64,000 nt of DNA from Arenicellales bacterium (GTDB lineage Bacteria; Pseudomonadota; Gammaproteobacteria; Arenicellales; JAJDZL01), in assembly GCA_965214785.1 (NCBI GenBank), contig OZ243975.1:1824232-1888231 (forward strand). The letters run 5' to 3'. Under the pieces are notes generated by a model. That model made no database searches. It was not told where the DNA came from and saw only the letters and a list, made by a program, of their open reading frames with translations. Positions 38,056 to 48,698 of this stretch are shown piece by piece. A program made the translations under genes and the position numbers. The number at the start of each line of letters is the position of its first letter. The first letter of the stretch is position 1.

Positions 38056-38698
38056 GTTTCGGTCAATAGTGGCTGTGTGGATGTTTGTGTGCTGTGGGCT
38101 TTTTTGGCCATACACAGCCTACGGGATGAGCGATTATAACCAACAGATTACAGATGTTCAGTCGCAAATCGAAGTTCTCATTTCCCTGATTCCACAAACT
38201 GAAAATAATCGCGCACAACTACAGGAACAACTCACAACAATTACAAACGAACTTGCGTCGATTAGCGAAAAAATGAATTCCACTCAGACAAAGATTCGTT
38301 ATTACCAACTCCAGTCGGCAGAATCAGCCAAACAAAAGAACAAACTGGTATTGGACCTTGAGCGTCAATCGGCTGACCTTAAATCCATAATTCGCGGTTC
38401 TATTGTTATTTCGAGAATTAATTTTCTCAAGGTGATGTTCTCTCAGGAAGATTCGTCGAAGTTGGTACGCGCGGTAACCTATTACAGATATCTCACTCAG
38501 GCTCGAGCCGATCAGACGCGAAAGATTTATCAGTCTATGCAGGAATTGCAAACCATAGAGTCGAATATTCAGCAAGGTAAAAATTCGGTGCAAACACTGC
38601 AAGAGCAGAAGTTGAAAATTCAACAGCGACTTGGACAAATTGAACAACAACTCACTGCAATGATTGAAGCGAATCGGGCAGCTGTTGACAAGCAGTAA
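38054..38698 (+). CDS. EnvC-like coiled-coil protein lacking the M23/LytM domain
   Basis: Signal peptide, long coiled coil, FLKVMFSQEDSSKLVRAVTYYRYL..AR segment, upstream of ctpA; start uncertain. Confidence 0.65.
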   Translation: MFRSIVAVWMFVCCGLFWPYTAYGMSDYNQQITDVQSQIEVLISLIPQTENNRAQLQEQLTTITNELASISEKMNSTQTKIRYYQLQSAESAKQKNKLVLDLERQSADLKSIIRGSIVISRINFLKVMFSQEDSSKLVRAVTYYRYLTQARADQTRKIYQSMQELQTIESNIQQGKNSVQTLQEQKLKIQQRLGQIEQQLTAMIEANRAAVDKQ

Positions 38699-38882
38699 TT
38701 ACCGGTTATTTTGCCATTTATTAAGCGTGGCCGAAAATTTGTGCGCAAACCTGACCATTGACAGTGCAACAAATGCACAAAAATCTGGTCTTACCAAACA
38801 AAACAAGTCAGAATATGCGCAATCCGTATCGTTCTGCATTAAAATGAACCTGATTTCCTGTATAGTCTTGAACTTCAGGCAT

Positions 38883-40178
38883 ATGGCAATGTTTCGAATT
38901 CCTCAAATCGTTAAAAATCTACTCATCTTTTCGCTTGTCGCGCTGCTGACGACACCTGTCTACGCGCAAGATGCGTCCGATCTCCAACCCTTGCCCTTGG
39001 AGCAAATTTCAACGTTTACCAAGGTTTTCGAAACGATTAAAAACTACTATGTCGAAGACATCACCGACGAAGAACTTCTAGAAAACGCGATCCAGGGAAT
39101 GATTAGCGGACTTGATCCGCACTCATCGTTTCTCAACAGCAAGGAGATGTCCGATTTCGAAGTGGAGACATCCGGCAAATATGGTGGCTTAGGCATCGAA
39201 ATCACAAAGGAAAACGGAGGCATCCGGGTAGTCACTCCAATTGACGACTCACCTGCTCATGTAGCCGGAATTTTACCAGGTGACCTGATCATTCAATTAG
39301 ATAACAGTCCCGTAAACCGGATGACAATTTCCGATGCCGTAGACATTATGCGCGGCAAGCCTGGAACTGACATTATCCTGACGATTGTGCGTTCTGGAGT
39401 TGCCCAGCCGTTTGATGTCACTTTGACCCGAGCAGTCATCAAAATAAAAAGTGCTCGCAGTTATTTACTGGAACCGAAAATAGGCTATCTGCGAATCACC
39501 CAGTTTCAAACCAACACACCGGAAGTCGTGCGCAATGAAATACAACGCATGCACGAAGATTCTCAAATGCTCGACGGACTGGTAGTGGACCTTCGCAACA
39601 ATCCCGGTGGGGAGTTAAGAAGTGCAGTAGGCATATCCGACTTGTTTATAGAAGGTGGAGTGATCGTCACTACGAAAGATCGAAACGGCGCAATTGATCA
39701 GGAATATCTCGCTACGCCAGGAGATATCGTCCACGGAATCCCGGTCGTCGTACTGGTAAACGAAGGCTCTGCTTCTGCCTCCGAGATTGTTGCCGGCGCA
39801 TTGCAAGACCACTCGCGTGCCGTCATCATGGGAAAAAATACTTTCGGCAAAGCTTCGGTACAGACTATTTTGCCAATCAATCAGTCCGCGGCACTAAAAT
39901 TGACAACTCATCGTTACTACACACCACATGACCGTTCCATCCAATCCTATGGAATCGTGCCTGATATTGAAGTTAACCTGATCGATTTACCCCAGCCAGA
40001 TGAAGGTCCTGCTGTGATGAGAGAAGAAGATCTCGCAGGGGTCATTGAAAATGATCAATCGAGCGAAGGTGCACCGGAAAAACCGCAATCGTTTACATAC
40101 CAAGGTAACGATTACCAGCTTCAGCAAGCCCTCAACCTGTTAAAAGCACTTCAGATCACACAGCCTGCTGACGGTTAG
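38883..40178 (+). CDS. ctpA: S41 family carboxyl-terminal protease
   Basis: LDPHS, PDZ GGLGIE, DLRNNPGG, GSASASEIVAGALQD, TFGKASVQ; start set to ATG 38883. Confidence 0.93.
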   Translation: MAMFRIPQIVKNLLIFSLVALLTTPVYAQDASDLQPLPLEQISTFTKVFETIKNYYVEDITDEELLENAIQGMISGLDPHSSFLNSKEMSDFEVETSGKYGGLGIEITKENGGIRVVTPIDDSPAHVAGILPGDLIIQLDNSPVNRMTISDAVDIMRGKPGTDIILTIVRSGVAQPFDVTLTRAVIKIKSARSYLLEPKIGYLRITQFQTNTPEVVRNEIQRMHEDSQMLDGLVVDLRNNPGGELRSAVGISDLFIEGGVIVTTKDRNGAIDQEYLATPGDIVHGIPVVVLVNEGSASASEIVAGALQDHSRAVIMGKNTFGKASVQTILPINQSAALKLTTHRYYTPHDRSIQSYGIVPDIEVNLIDLPQPDEGPAVMREEDLAGVIENDQSSEGAPEKPQSFTYQGNDYQLQQALNLLKALQITQPADG

Positions 40179-40282
40179 ATATTGCGCAACAAAGCGACTT
40201 GCTGTCTCTTTGATTTGTCGCCGTCGCGGTGGTTCGTCGTACTGCAACACCACCGATCATTGACGAAAGCAAGAGCATAAAA

Positions 40283-41722
40283 TTAAACTGAAATTTGTGC
40301 GTTTTGCGTCTGCTCTTTGAAACCGGCGGGCTCACTTACAACCCGGTTGCGTTGACTTTGGGTTGGTTCGGCGCAGCAATACCAGGGCTCCGACATCTGC
40401 GGGACTGTCGCAAAATTCACCTCGATTTCAGGAACCTCCATGTCGTCAAATCGATGAGCCATCGCCCAAATGCCTTTGAAAATTTCTTCTCTACCCAAAT
40501 TTTGATTCTCAGCATCCATAGTCCAATTTTGAATTGATTCTTGCAAAGCGTCAACACGAGGGTCGGGATGCGTCCACAAATAGCCGAGCATCTGCGGGTC
40601 GAAATCGCCAAGCCACCCCTGCCGGTCTGGCAACGACAGCAAGGTTGAACCTTGCGGCAGCAGCAACCTAATGCTCAGCTGCACCGGTGGAACACTGCTG
40701 ACAAGCTTAAGTTCGACAATTTGTTCTAATAACTGTCTATAACCTTGCAATGTTGTCCAGGGCGTAAATGGGACAAACGTGGGAATCATGGTGATTCCAA
40801 AGCGTCTCAAGGTAGCGAGTGCCTGCTTGAAATCTTCTGTGGTATGACCCTTGTCCAAACGACGCAGTACTTCGTCTTCAACAGATTCGACTGCGCTGGT
40901 AATGAACAAACAGCCGCTGCGGGAAAATTCTCTAATAATCTGAGGGTGTTTGAGCAGATGTTCAATCTTGATTGTAGCGTCCCATGACACTTGAGGAAAT
41001 TCTTTATGAAATTCGTCGATTAAGCGGCGAGCATGACCCGGTCCGTTGAGAAAATCAGGATCACCAAATGAAATATGCTCCGCACCGTTATCGATTTGCT
41101 GACGAATGTCATCCATGACGACCTCGCGTGCGACGATTCGAAATTTTCCAGAATACACCGGAACTATCGGGCAGTGACGGCACAAATGCTTGCAGCCCCG
41201 ACTTGCTTCAACAAACCCCACTGTTTTTAAACTTCCGTCTTGTGCAATCAGTCGGGAGTACTGGTCGAGGCGTGGCAGACCTGAACGAAGCGGGCGGATA
41301 AACGCGAGCTTTTCCATGCTTATACGGGTTTGACGGTGCTGGTCTGTATTTCCACCATCCCGCAGTGACCGGCAAAGCGAAACAAGATCTGACTCAGACT
41401 CGCCGCCAAATACGTACTGCGCTCCCAAGGTTCGAAAATACTCATCATTGACCGGCGCATACAGCCCATAAACGCAAATCTGCGGAGCGCGCGGCAATGC
41501 AGCAATTTGAGGTATGATTTCTGATGCCAATCGCGCACCGGCGTGCATAGCCAGATGAATCGCAACTGCGGCCACATCGGCGAATTTGGCGAGGTCAAAC
41601 GATTCTATCGAAAGATCAATGCATTCGACATCGAAACCTTCGGCAGCGAGCTGCGCAGCAGGCTGTGCTAGAGCAAACGGCTGACGCCCAATCTCGTAAG
41701 GACTGATGAGCGCAATACGCAT
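40283..41722 (-). CDS. CUAEP/CCAEP-tail radical SAM protein (Cys form)
   Basis: SRGCKHLCRHC CxxxCxxC motif, B12-binding-like N-terminus, C-terminal SEPWYCCAEP (TGC TGC). Confidence 0.85.
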   Translation of the reverse strand: MRIALISPYEIGRQPFALAQPAAQLAAEGFDVECIDLSIESFDLAKFADVAAVAIHLAMHAGARLASEIIPQIAALPRAPQICVYGLYAPVNDEYFRTLGAQYVFGGESESDLVSLCRSLRDGGNTDQHRQTRISMEKLAFIRPLRSGLPRLDQYSRLIAQDGSLKTVGFVEASRGCKHLCRHCPIVPVYSGKFRIVAREVVMDDIRQQIDNGAEHISFGDPDFLNGPGHARRLIDEFHKEFPQVSWDATIKIEHLLKHPQIIREFSRSGCLFITSAVESVEDEVLRRLDKGHTTEDFKQALATLRRFGITMIPTFVPFTPWTTLQGYRQLLEQIVELKLVSSVPPVQLSIRLLLPQGSTLLSLPDRQGWLGDFDPQMLGYLWTHPDPRVDALQESIQNWTMDAENQNLGREEIFKGIWAMAHRFDDMEVPEIEVNFATVPQMSEPWYCCAEPTQSQRNRVVSEPAGFKEQTQNAQISV

Positions 41723-41744
41723 TTTAAGTTCAGATTCCCTGATG

Positions 41745-42197
41745 CTACAGCAAGCCGAGACTCAGCAGCGCGTCTTCACTCATCCGCTGTTTAGTCCACG
41801 GCGGGTCCCAAACGAGTTCAACATGAACATCGCGGACGCCTTCAACACACTTTACCGCACATTCGACGGTACCCGGAAACGTCTGCGCAACTGGACAGCC
41901 CGGTGATGTCAGAGTCATGTCAATGTTGACATTTCGCTGTTCATCAATCCTGACTGCATAGATCAAGCCCAAATCGTAGATGTTAAGTGGAATTTCGGGG
42001 TCATAAACACCTCGCAGCGCATCAACGATCTGCTGCTCGAGAACCATGTCGGTAATCGATGCGGTTTGCTGCTCTACATCTGTTTTAGTCTGTTCAACAG
42101 AGTTGGCGGGATCCCCTGCCTTGAGGAACTGTGATACAAAATCATCGTAACCGCCAGGGGTTTGCTTGTCAGTTTGATCGTCTTGATTTATGCTCAT
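41745..42197 (-). CDS. sufT: SUF-associated DUF59/MIP18 Fe-S assembly protein (SufT-like)
   Basis: VYDPEIPLNIYDLGLIY, TLTSPGCP, VWDPPW; start set at ATG 42197. Confidence 0.88.
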   Translation of the reverse strand: MSINQDDQTDKQTPGGYDDFVSQFLKAGDPANSVEQTKTDVEQQTASITDMVLEQQIVDALRGVYDPEIPLNIYDLGLIYAVRIDEQRNVNIDMTLTSPGCPVAQTFPGTVECAVKCVEGVRDVHVELVWDPPWTKQRMSEDALLSLGLL

Positions 42198-42646
42198 TCT
42201 GTAGTAACCTGTTTTTCGGTTCCCTGAATTGCGGCCACAGCAGTATGCCAAGGCAAAGTAGCACATTTTACCCGGGTGGGAAAGTGGCGCACACCACATA
42301 GCACTTCCAGCTTGCCGATATCTGCTGAGTCAATTTCTTCATTGCCAGTTACCTGAGCGCGAAAACGCGCGAACAACTCCTCTGCTTGTGCTTTGGGCAC
42401 CCCTTTGAGCATTTCCGTCATAATGGATGCGGAAGCTATAGAAATTGCGCAGCCGTGACCAACAAAACGAATATCTTGGATGACCTCATTGTCATCGACC
42501 AGACAGTGCAGTGTCAATTCATCACCACACAGAGGGTTGACCCCTTCAGCCGAGCGATTTGCTGATTCGAGGGGGCCGAAGTTTCTAGGACTGCGGCTGT
42601 GATCGATAATCACTTCCTGATACAGTGCTTGAAGATCATCCATCAT
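42194..42646 (-). CDS. sufU: SUF system NifU-family sulfur-transfer/scaffold protein
   Basis: LYQEVIIDH..SPRNFG, NPLCGD, GCAIS.ASAS, RVKCATL. Confidence 0.92.
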   Translation of the reverse strand: MMDDLQALYQEVIIDHSRSPRNFGPLESANRSAEGVNPLCGDELTLHCLVDDNEVIQDIRFVGHGCAISIASASIMTEMLKGVPKAQAEELFARFRAQVTGNEEIDSADIGKLEVLCGVRHFPTRVKCATLPWHTAVAAIQGTEKQVTTE

Positions 42647-43914
42647 AGTTTAAATAGTTTGCGTGCGCTATCGAGAGAATCGAAAAGCATATCGATTTCT
42701 GCGATTGTGTTATAGACCCCAAAAGACGCTCTCGCAGTTGCCGCTACATTAAAAAACTGCATCACCGGCATCGCGCAGTGGTGGCCCACTCGAATAGCAA
42801 TCCCTTCGCGATCCAATATGGTGCCCAAATCGTGCGGGTGAATGCCATCGATTCCAAAAGAAAATACACCGCACTTGTGTGGCGCGGTGCCGTATACGGT
42901 GATATCTTCAAACTCCTGCGCCCGCGAATGGGCTTGTATCAACAAATTGTCTTCGTGGCTGCAGATCGCCTCATGGCCAAGTCCCCATATAAATTCAATC
43001 GCCGCACCGAGTCCTACAGCATCAGCTACATTCGGTGTCCCTGCTTCGAATTTATGCGGGATTTCAGCGTATTGCGAACCGGCAAAAGTCACGCGTTTAA
43101 TCATCTCTCCACCGCCTTCGTATGGCGGTGCCGCATCCAGCAGTGACTCCTTGCCGTAGAGAACTCCAATGCCGGTAGGTCCATACATCTTGTGTCCGGA
43201 AAACGACAGAAAATCACAGTCCAATTCCTGCACATCCAGTCGCACATGAGGAGCCGCTTGCGCTGCGTCGACAACAACCACCGCACCGACATCATGAGCA
43301 AGCGCAGTAATCGATTGAACGGGATTGACTGTACCCAAAGAGTTGGCTACATAGGTTATCGCTACAATCGCTGTGTTTTCGTTCAGCAAGCTCTTGTACT
43401 GTTCAAAATCCAGTTCTCCGCGCTCGGTGATTGGAATTTTTATTACCTTTGCCCCGGTTTGTTCAGCGATCAGTTGCCATGGAACGATATTTGAATGGTG
43501 TTCCATTTCGCTTACCAGAATTTCGCTTTTGGCTGTAAGGTTTTGCCTGCCGTGGGTGTTTGCAACCAGATTGATACCTTCGGTAGTGCCACGCACAAAT
43601 ATGATTTCACGGCTGTGGAGGGCGTTTGTAAATTGCTGCGCCAGTTTGCGGGCATTTTCGTATGCTTCGGTCGCGCGATCGCTCAGAGCGTGTACGCCGC
43701 GATGAACATTAGCGTGGTTGTTTTCGTAATATTTCACCAGTGTATCGATCACAGACACCGGTTTTTGCGAACTCGCAGCACTGTCGAGATACACCAGCGG
43801 CTTGCCATACACGTGCTGGTCGAGAATAGGAAACTGCGCTCTTACTGACTCAACATCAAAGCTTGTGATTTGCGAACTACAGAATTTTTCTTCAACACTT
43901 AAAGCCGTATTCAA
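42643..43914 (-). CDS. sufS: Cysteine desulfurase
   Basis: YLDSAASSQKP, EHHSNIVPWQ, FSGHKMYGPTG, RVGHHCA. Confidence 0.95.
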   Translation of the reverse strand: MNTALSVEEKFCSSQITSFDVESVRAQFPILDQHVYGKPLVYLDSAASSQKPVSVIDTLVKYYENNHANVHRGVHALSDRATEAYENARKLAQQFTNALHSREIIFVRGTTEGINLVANTHGRQNLTAKSEILVSEMEHHSNIVPWQLIAEQTGAKVIKIPITERGELDFEQYKSLLNENTAIVAITYVANSLGTVNPVQSITALAHDVGAVVVVDAAQAAPHVRLDVQELDCDFLSFSGHKMYGPTGIGVLYGKESLLDAAPPYEGGGEMIKRVTFAGSQYAEIPHKFEAGTPNVADAVGLGAAIEFIWGLGHEAICSHEDNLLIQAHSRAQEFEDITVYGTAPHKCGVFSFGIDGIHPHDLGTILDREGIAIRVGHHCAMPVMQFFNVAATARASFGVYNTIAEIDMLFDSLDSARKLFKL

Positions 43915-45266
43915 GATACCACCTCGTCTTTGGCGTTTGGGTGAAGTTTTTCTTCCACCAGAACCATGATTTGCTGCTTAAGACCGTCAAGTTCAATTTG
44001 TTCAACAATTTCAAGAGCAAACGCTTCGGTGAGCATTTGCCTTGCAGAAGCTTCGTCTAATCCCCGCGTGCGCAGGTAAAAAACCGAATCTTCGTCCAGT
44101 TGTCCAACTGTCGCACCATGAGAACACTTCACATCATCGGCGTAAATCTCAAGCTGAGGTTTAGTATCGGCTTCGGCGTTGGGTGAAAGCAGCAAATTCC
44201 TGTTTTGCTGCTGCGCATCGGTATGTTGGGCGTCTTTGTGCACGATAACTCGTCCGTGAAATACAGACCGAGAGTTGCCATCAAGTATGCATTTATAGAA
44301 TTCGTCGCTGCTTGCGTTTGCACTGGCGTGCGATATGGTTGTGAAATTGTCAATATGCTGTTTCCCGTCACCGAGCGCAAGCCCCTTCAATTCACAATGG
44401 CTTTCTACTCCATTTAGAGACTGGGTGATTTCATGACGGCTCAGCAGTGCACCGAAAGACAAAGAATAGATTCGATAGCGACTTGAGGCCGCCTGATTGA
44501 CATTTGCAGAACCGATATGAAACGCTTTTTGGCTTTCATTTTGAATCCGATAATGATCACATTGTGCCTGTTCGTCAAGTTGCACAGCAACCGAAGCTGT
44601 CGTTAAATGATTGGTACTGTCAAGCGAGACAAAGCGTTCGATTATCTGCACATGCGCACCGCACTGTACGTGTACAAAACTGTTTACGTTGCAGATCTTT
44701 TCGTTGGCATCGCTGTCAGTGACATAGACGATTTCTATGGGTTTGTCCAGTTTTACGCCGCTATCAAGATAAATGACAACGCCGTCACCTGCCATCCCGG
44801 CACTGAAAGCTGCAAAACCATCGGCCGCTTGCTGTGCTTTTCGTTTTAGCTGCTGCAGCGAAAAATCTACAACTTTCGACTTGGTTGGGGTTTTCAGGAT
44901 ATCGGCCAGACTTCGAATTTCAACGCCTTGCGGCAAATTATCAAGTACGCAAGCGCTTTGAGAGAACCACCCGTTTAGCAACACGACGCGATATGCGTCT
45001 GACAAAAACTCAATGGATTTTTGCAGTTCATCGATACGCAGGCTGTGTGCGGGCGGCAATGACAGTTCGAACGCGATTCGGTCCATCGGCCGAATATTGG
45101 TGTACTTCCAATTCTCATCGGTAATGCGCGGCAAACCGGTTTCAGCAAAGCGTTTCAGTGCGCTTTGGCGTATTTCGCGCAGCGGTTCGCTGCTAGCACC
45201 TGGCAGATCGCTCAGCGATGCTGCAACCGCACCTTCAAGTTGTGCAACAAGTGGACTGGTCCTCAT
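43911..45266 (-). CDS. sufD: Fe-S cluster assembly protein SufD
   Basis: ENWKYT, KPQLEIYADDVKCSHGATVGQLD..SVFYLRTRG. Confidence 0.95.
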   Translation of the reverse strand: MRTSPLVAQLEGAVAASLSDLPGASSEPLREIRQSALKRFAETGLPRITDENWKYTNIRPMDRIAFELSLPPAHSLRIDELQKSIEFLSDAYRVVLLNGWFSQSACVLDNLPQGVEIRSLADILKTPTKSKVVDFSLQQLKRKAQQAADGFAAFSAGMAGDGVVIYLDSGVKLDKPIEIVYVTDSDANEKICNVNSFVHVQCGAHVQIIERFVSLDSTNHLTTASVAVQLDEQAQCDHYRIQNESQKAFHIGSANVNQAASSRYRIYSLSFGALLSRHEITQSLNGVESHCELKGLALGDGKQHIDNFTTISHASANASSDEFYKCILDGNSRSVFHGRVIVHKDAQHTDAQQQNRNLLLSPNAEADTKPQLEIYADDVKCSHGATVGQLDEDSVFYLRTRGLDEASARQMLTEAFALEIVEQIELDGLKQQIMVLVEEKLHPNAKDEVVS

Positions 45267-46030
45267 GCTACCGCCTTAGAATTTCCTTCATTTTTCTCCG
45301 AAACCCACGAATAGCCATATTTTTCCAATTCATGGGGGAGTGATTTGTCACCGGAATGGACGATTCGTCCGTCAACCAGTACATGCACAAAATCCGGGAC
45401 GATATATTCCAGAATGCGAGGAAAATGGGTGACGATCAAAATCGCGCGTCCATCTCGCGCCAGAGAATTGACGCCTCTGGAAACAACCTTCAAGGCATCG
45501 ATATCCAATCCCGAATCAGTTTCGTCGAGAATTGCCAAATGCGGTTCAAGCATCATCATCTGGAGAATTTCATTTCGCTTTTTTTCACCGCCAGAAAACC
45601 CCTCGTTAACCGACCTGTACAGAAACGACTCATCGATTTCGAGCAGTTTCATTTTTGCGCGCACGAGTTTGAGAAAATCCATTGCATCGACTTGGGGTTC
45701 ACCGCGATGTTTGCGCATCGCATTGACCGCTGCTTTAATCAGATAGATATTGTTCACGCCGGGAATTTCAATCGGATGTTGAAACGCCAGAAAAATGCCT
45801 TCTCTGGCGCGCTGTTCCGATTCAAGTTCGAGCAGATCGTCTCCGTTGAACTCTACGGTGCCTGTGACTGCGTCTGTCACCTTTCCGGTAATCACGTTCG
45901 CCAGCGTACTTTTGCCCGAACCGTTCGGTCCCATAATGGCATGAACCTGACCGGCATCAATTTGCAAATTGATGCCATTTAGAATCTTTTTTCCATCAAT
46001 ATCAACTTTCAAATCACTGACTGAAAGCAT
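45263..46030 (-). CDS. sufC: Fe-S cluster assembly ATPase SufC
   Basis: GPNGSGKST, FLAFQHP.EIPG, NEGFSGGEKKRNE, DETDSGLDIDAL. Confidence 0.96.
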   Translation of the reverse strand: MLSVSDLKVDIDGKKILNGINLQIDAGQVHAIMGPNGSGKSTLANVITGKVTDAVTGTVEFNGDDLLELESEQRAREGIFLAFQHPIEIPGVNNIYLIKAAVNAMRKHRGEPQVDAMDFLKLVRAKMKLLEIDESFLYRSVNEGFSGGEKKRNEILQMMMLEPHLAILDETDSGLDIDALKVVSRGVNSLARDGRAILIVTHFPRILEYIVPDFVHVLVDGRIVHSGDKSLPHELEKYGYSWVSEKNEGNSKAVA

Positions 46031-46087
46031 GTTCAGTTTCTCCTTTGTGAGAGTTATGTTTAGAATTCGAATCGACTGATTCGGGTT

Positions 46088-47539
46088 TTAGCCAACTGCG
46101 CCTTCCAGAGAGATTCCGAGAAGTTTTTGCGCTTCGACAGCAAATTCCATCGGCAATTCTTTGAATACTTCCTTGCAAAATCCGTTGACGATCATCGAAA
46201 CCGCGTCCTCCTCGGACAGGCCTCTTTGTCTGCAGTAAAACAGCTGTTCTTCGCTAATTCTCGATGTAGTGGCTTCGTGTTCAACTTTGGCAGAGGCGTT
46301 TTTGACTTCGATATACGGAAAGGTGTGTGCGCCGCACTTGTCACCCATGAGCAAAGAATCACACTGAGAATAATTGCGAGCGTTTTCGGCGCCTTTGAGC
46401 ATGCGAACCAAACCTCTGTAGGAATTTTGCCCGCGTCCGGCGGAAACGCCTTTCGAGATAATCGTGCTTGAGGTATTTCGGCCGATGTGCACCATTTTGG
46501 TACCGGTATCAGCCTGCTGGCAATTGTTCGTCAAAGCGACCGAGTAGAACTCACCTACCGTGTTATCGCCTTCGAGCATGACGCTTGGATATTTCCAGGT
46601 TATCGCTGATCCGGTTTCGACCTGGGTCCAGGAGATTTTCGCGTTGTCTCCTCGACAGGTTCCGCGCTTGGTCACAAAGTTATAGATTCCACCGCGTCCT
46701 TGTTCATCACCTGGGTACCAATTTTGAACAGTCGAGTATTTGATCTCGGCATCTTTGTGCGCAATCAGTTCGACCACTGCGGCATGCAGCTGGTTTTCGT
46801 CGCGCATCGGTGCCGTGCAGCCTTCGAGATAACTGACGTAACTGCCTTCATCAGCGACGATCAGTGTTCTTTCAAACTGTCCGGTATTCATCGCATTAAT
46901 TCGAAAGTAAGTGGACAACTCCATGGGACATCGAACCCCTTTTGGGACGTACACAAAAGAGCCGTCGCTGAATACAGCGGAATTAAGCGCTGCGAAATAA
47001 TTGTCACCGGAAGGCACTACAGACCCCAGATATTGTTGTATCAGTTCCGGGTGTTCCTGTACAGCTTCGGAGAACGAACAGAAAATAACACCTGCATCGG
47101 ACAAGGTTTTTTTAAATGTAGTGGCAACCGACACGCTGTCAAACACAGCATCAACCGCAACCCCTGCAAGCATCTTTTGTTCAGACAGCGGGATGCCGAG
47201 CTTCTCGTAGGTCTCAAGCAGTTTCGGGTCGACTTCATCGAGGCTTTTTGGCCGGTCTTCGTCAGATTTGGGAGCTGAGTAATAACTGATAGCCTGATAA
47301 TCGATGGGTGTGTAGTTCACGTGTGCCCAAACCGGTTCGCTCATCTTTTTCCAGCGCCCGAACGCCTTCAGACGCCAGTCGCACATAAATTCAGGTTCAT
47401 TTTTCTTTTTAGACAGAGCGATGACTACACTTTCATCAAGCCCTGGAGCGAAAGTTTCGGATTCTATATCGGTAACGAAACCTTCTTTGTACTCTCTGGA
47501 TACGAAAGAGCTGATGTCTGTTGCGGTTGTTGATTCCAA
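46088..47539 (-). CDS. sufB: Fe-S cluster assembly protein SufB
   Basis: [45 protein letters not shown]. Confidence 0.97.
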   Translation of the reverse strand: MESTTATDISSFVSREYKEGFVTDIESETFAPGLDESVVIALSKKKNEPEFMCDWRLKAFGRWKKMSEPVWAHVNYTPIDYQAISYYSAPKSDEDRPKSLDEVDPKLLETYEKLGIPLSEQKMLAGVAVDAVFDSVSVATTFKKTLSDAGVIFCSFSEAVQEHPELIQQYLGSVVPSGDNYFAALNSAVFSDGSFVYVPKGVRCPMELSTYFRINAMNTGQFERTLIVADEGSYVSYLEGCTAPMRDENQLHAAVVELIAHKDAEIKYSTVQNWYPGDEQGRGGIYNFVTKRGTCRGDNAKISWTQVETGSAITWKYPSVMLEGDNTVGEFYSVALTNNCQQADTGTKMVHIGRNTSSTIISKGVSAGRGQNSYRGLVRMLKGAENARNYSQCDSLLMGDKCGAHTFPYIEVKNASAKVEHEATTSRISEEQLFYCRQRGLSEEDAVSMIVNGFCKEVFKELPMEFAVEAQKLLGISLEGAVG

Positions 47540-47572
47540 TTTATCTTTCCTTTTTGGTATGTTCTGTTTGAA

Positions 47573-48052
47573 TTAACTGAATGCTACATGTTGCGTATGG
47601 TCTGACTCGTTACATCGGCTCGAGCGCATCCCAGACGAACCTCTAGCCATGGTTTTCTGGACTACGTCTCCTAACTTCAATTCATCTAAAAACACCGAAA
47701 TCTTGTCACTCAATTCGCTCCACAACTCGTGAGTCAGGCAAATTTCACCATCCCGGCAGTCCATCTTGCCCCGACAGCGGGTCACATCAACTGACTCATC
47801 GACCGCACTTATAATTTCAAAAATCGATATTTGCTGCGCGGGTCGAGTCAATTTGTAGCCGCCGCCAGGTCCGCGGGCACCCGTTACAAGACCTTTTGCC
47901 TTTAACTTGGCAAAAAGCTGCTCTAAATAGGCCACCGAGATCTCCTGATGTTCGGCGATGCTTTTCAGTGCAACTCTTCCGTGTACTGATTCATTCAACG
48001 CTAAATCCATCATTGCAGTAACGGCGTAGCGGCCCTTTGTCGTAAGTTTCAT
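47573..48052 (-). CDS. iscR: Rrf2-family Fe-S regulator IscR
   Basis: MKLTTKGRYAVTAM.DLA, YLEQLF.KL, RGPGGGY, C-x5-C-x5-CLTH cluster ligands. Confidence 0.92.
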   Translation of the reverse strand: MKLTTKGRYAVTAMMDLALNESVHGRVALKSIAEHQEISVAYLEQLFAKLKAKGLVTGARGPGGGYKLTRPAQQISIFEIISAVDESVDVTRCRGKMDCRDGEICLTHELWSELSDKISVFLDELKLGDVVQKTMARGSSGMRSSRCNESDHTQHVAFS

Positions 48053-48079
48053 CGGTGTTATTCCCGAGCTCTGGACTAA

Positions 48080-48118
48080 AAACCAACTATTTTACTTGGT
48101 ATTAAGTGCATTTGTCAA
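48080..48118 (-). promoter_or_regulatory. Sigma70 promoter of iscR-suf with overlapping candidate IscR site
   Basis: Minus strand TTGACA (48118-48113), 18 nt, TAAAAT (48094-48089); imperfect palindrome ACCAA-N9-TTGGT overlapping the -10. Confidence 0.6.
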
Positions 48119-48602
48119 CAGTGATTCCAATCTGCTGAAGTTAAATACGATATAGCGAGCATTGAAAGAGCCGTCGTATATCGCCGCGCAAAGTGGAATG
48201 CGCCGATTCAGGACTTTTGAACCATTATGCAGGTCACTAACTGAAGTTTAGCACGTCAACTAGACTAACCTGATTTCTGAAGTATCGGGGTTCAAATCGA
48301 GCGTTTTCGCAAGAGGTATTTTCCACCCTAATATTTGGATCAAAATGTACTGGCGGCTAGTAACTGAAAAAATTGGTTTTACCGTGTCTGCATCGCTCAT
48401 TATCGAACAAAATCGATAAATGCTGACGCATTTTTGCCACACACGTTCTATATTGTCGCTGTGACCTAAACAGCACGCGAACGCACCCGCAAGCGGAATG
48501 TAGCGCTTGTATTGTGTACAACGAATCTGAAACAACTGCAGTTGCCGCTTAAGTCGGTTCAAGCAGTGCCGATAAGGCCTCTGTACGATGCAGATTGAAA
48601 TA

Positions 48603-48630
48603 ACGCTTATTTCGTTTACGGAATAAGCGT
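48603..48630 (-). terminator. Stem-loop downstream of the thioesterase gene
   Basis: ACGCTTATT...AATAAGCGT inverted repeat. Confidence 0.4.
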
Positions 48631-48698
48631 CATGTTGTTGCAATTCAATGCAATAACGAAGTGAGTAACTTCGTCGGCGGTGGGCAGGCAGCTGTTCG

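Noticed and set aside
40360-40395. Selenocysteine in the radical SAM tail
   Set aside because: The codons are TGC TGC and there is no in-frame TGA.
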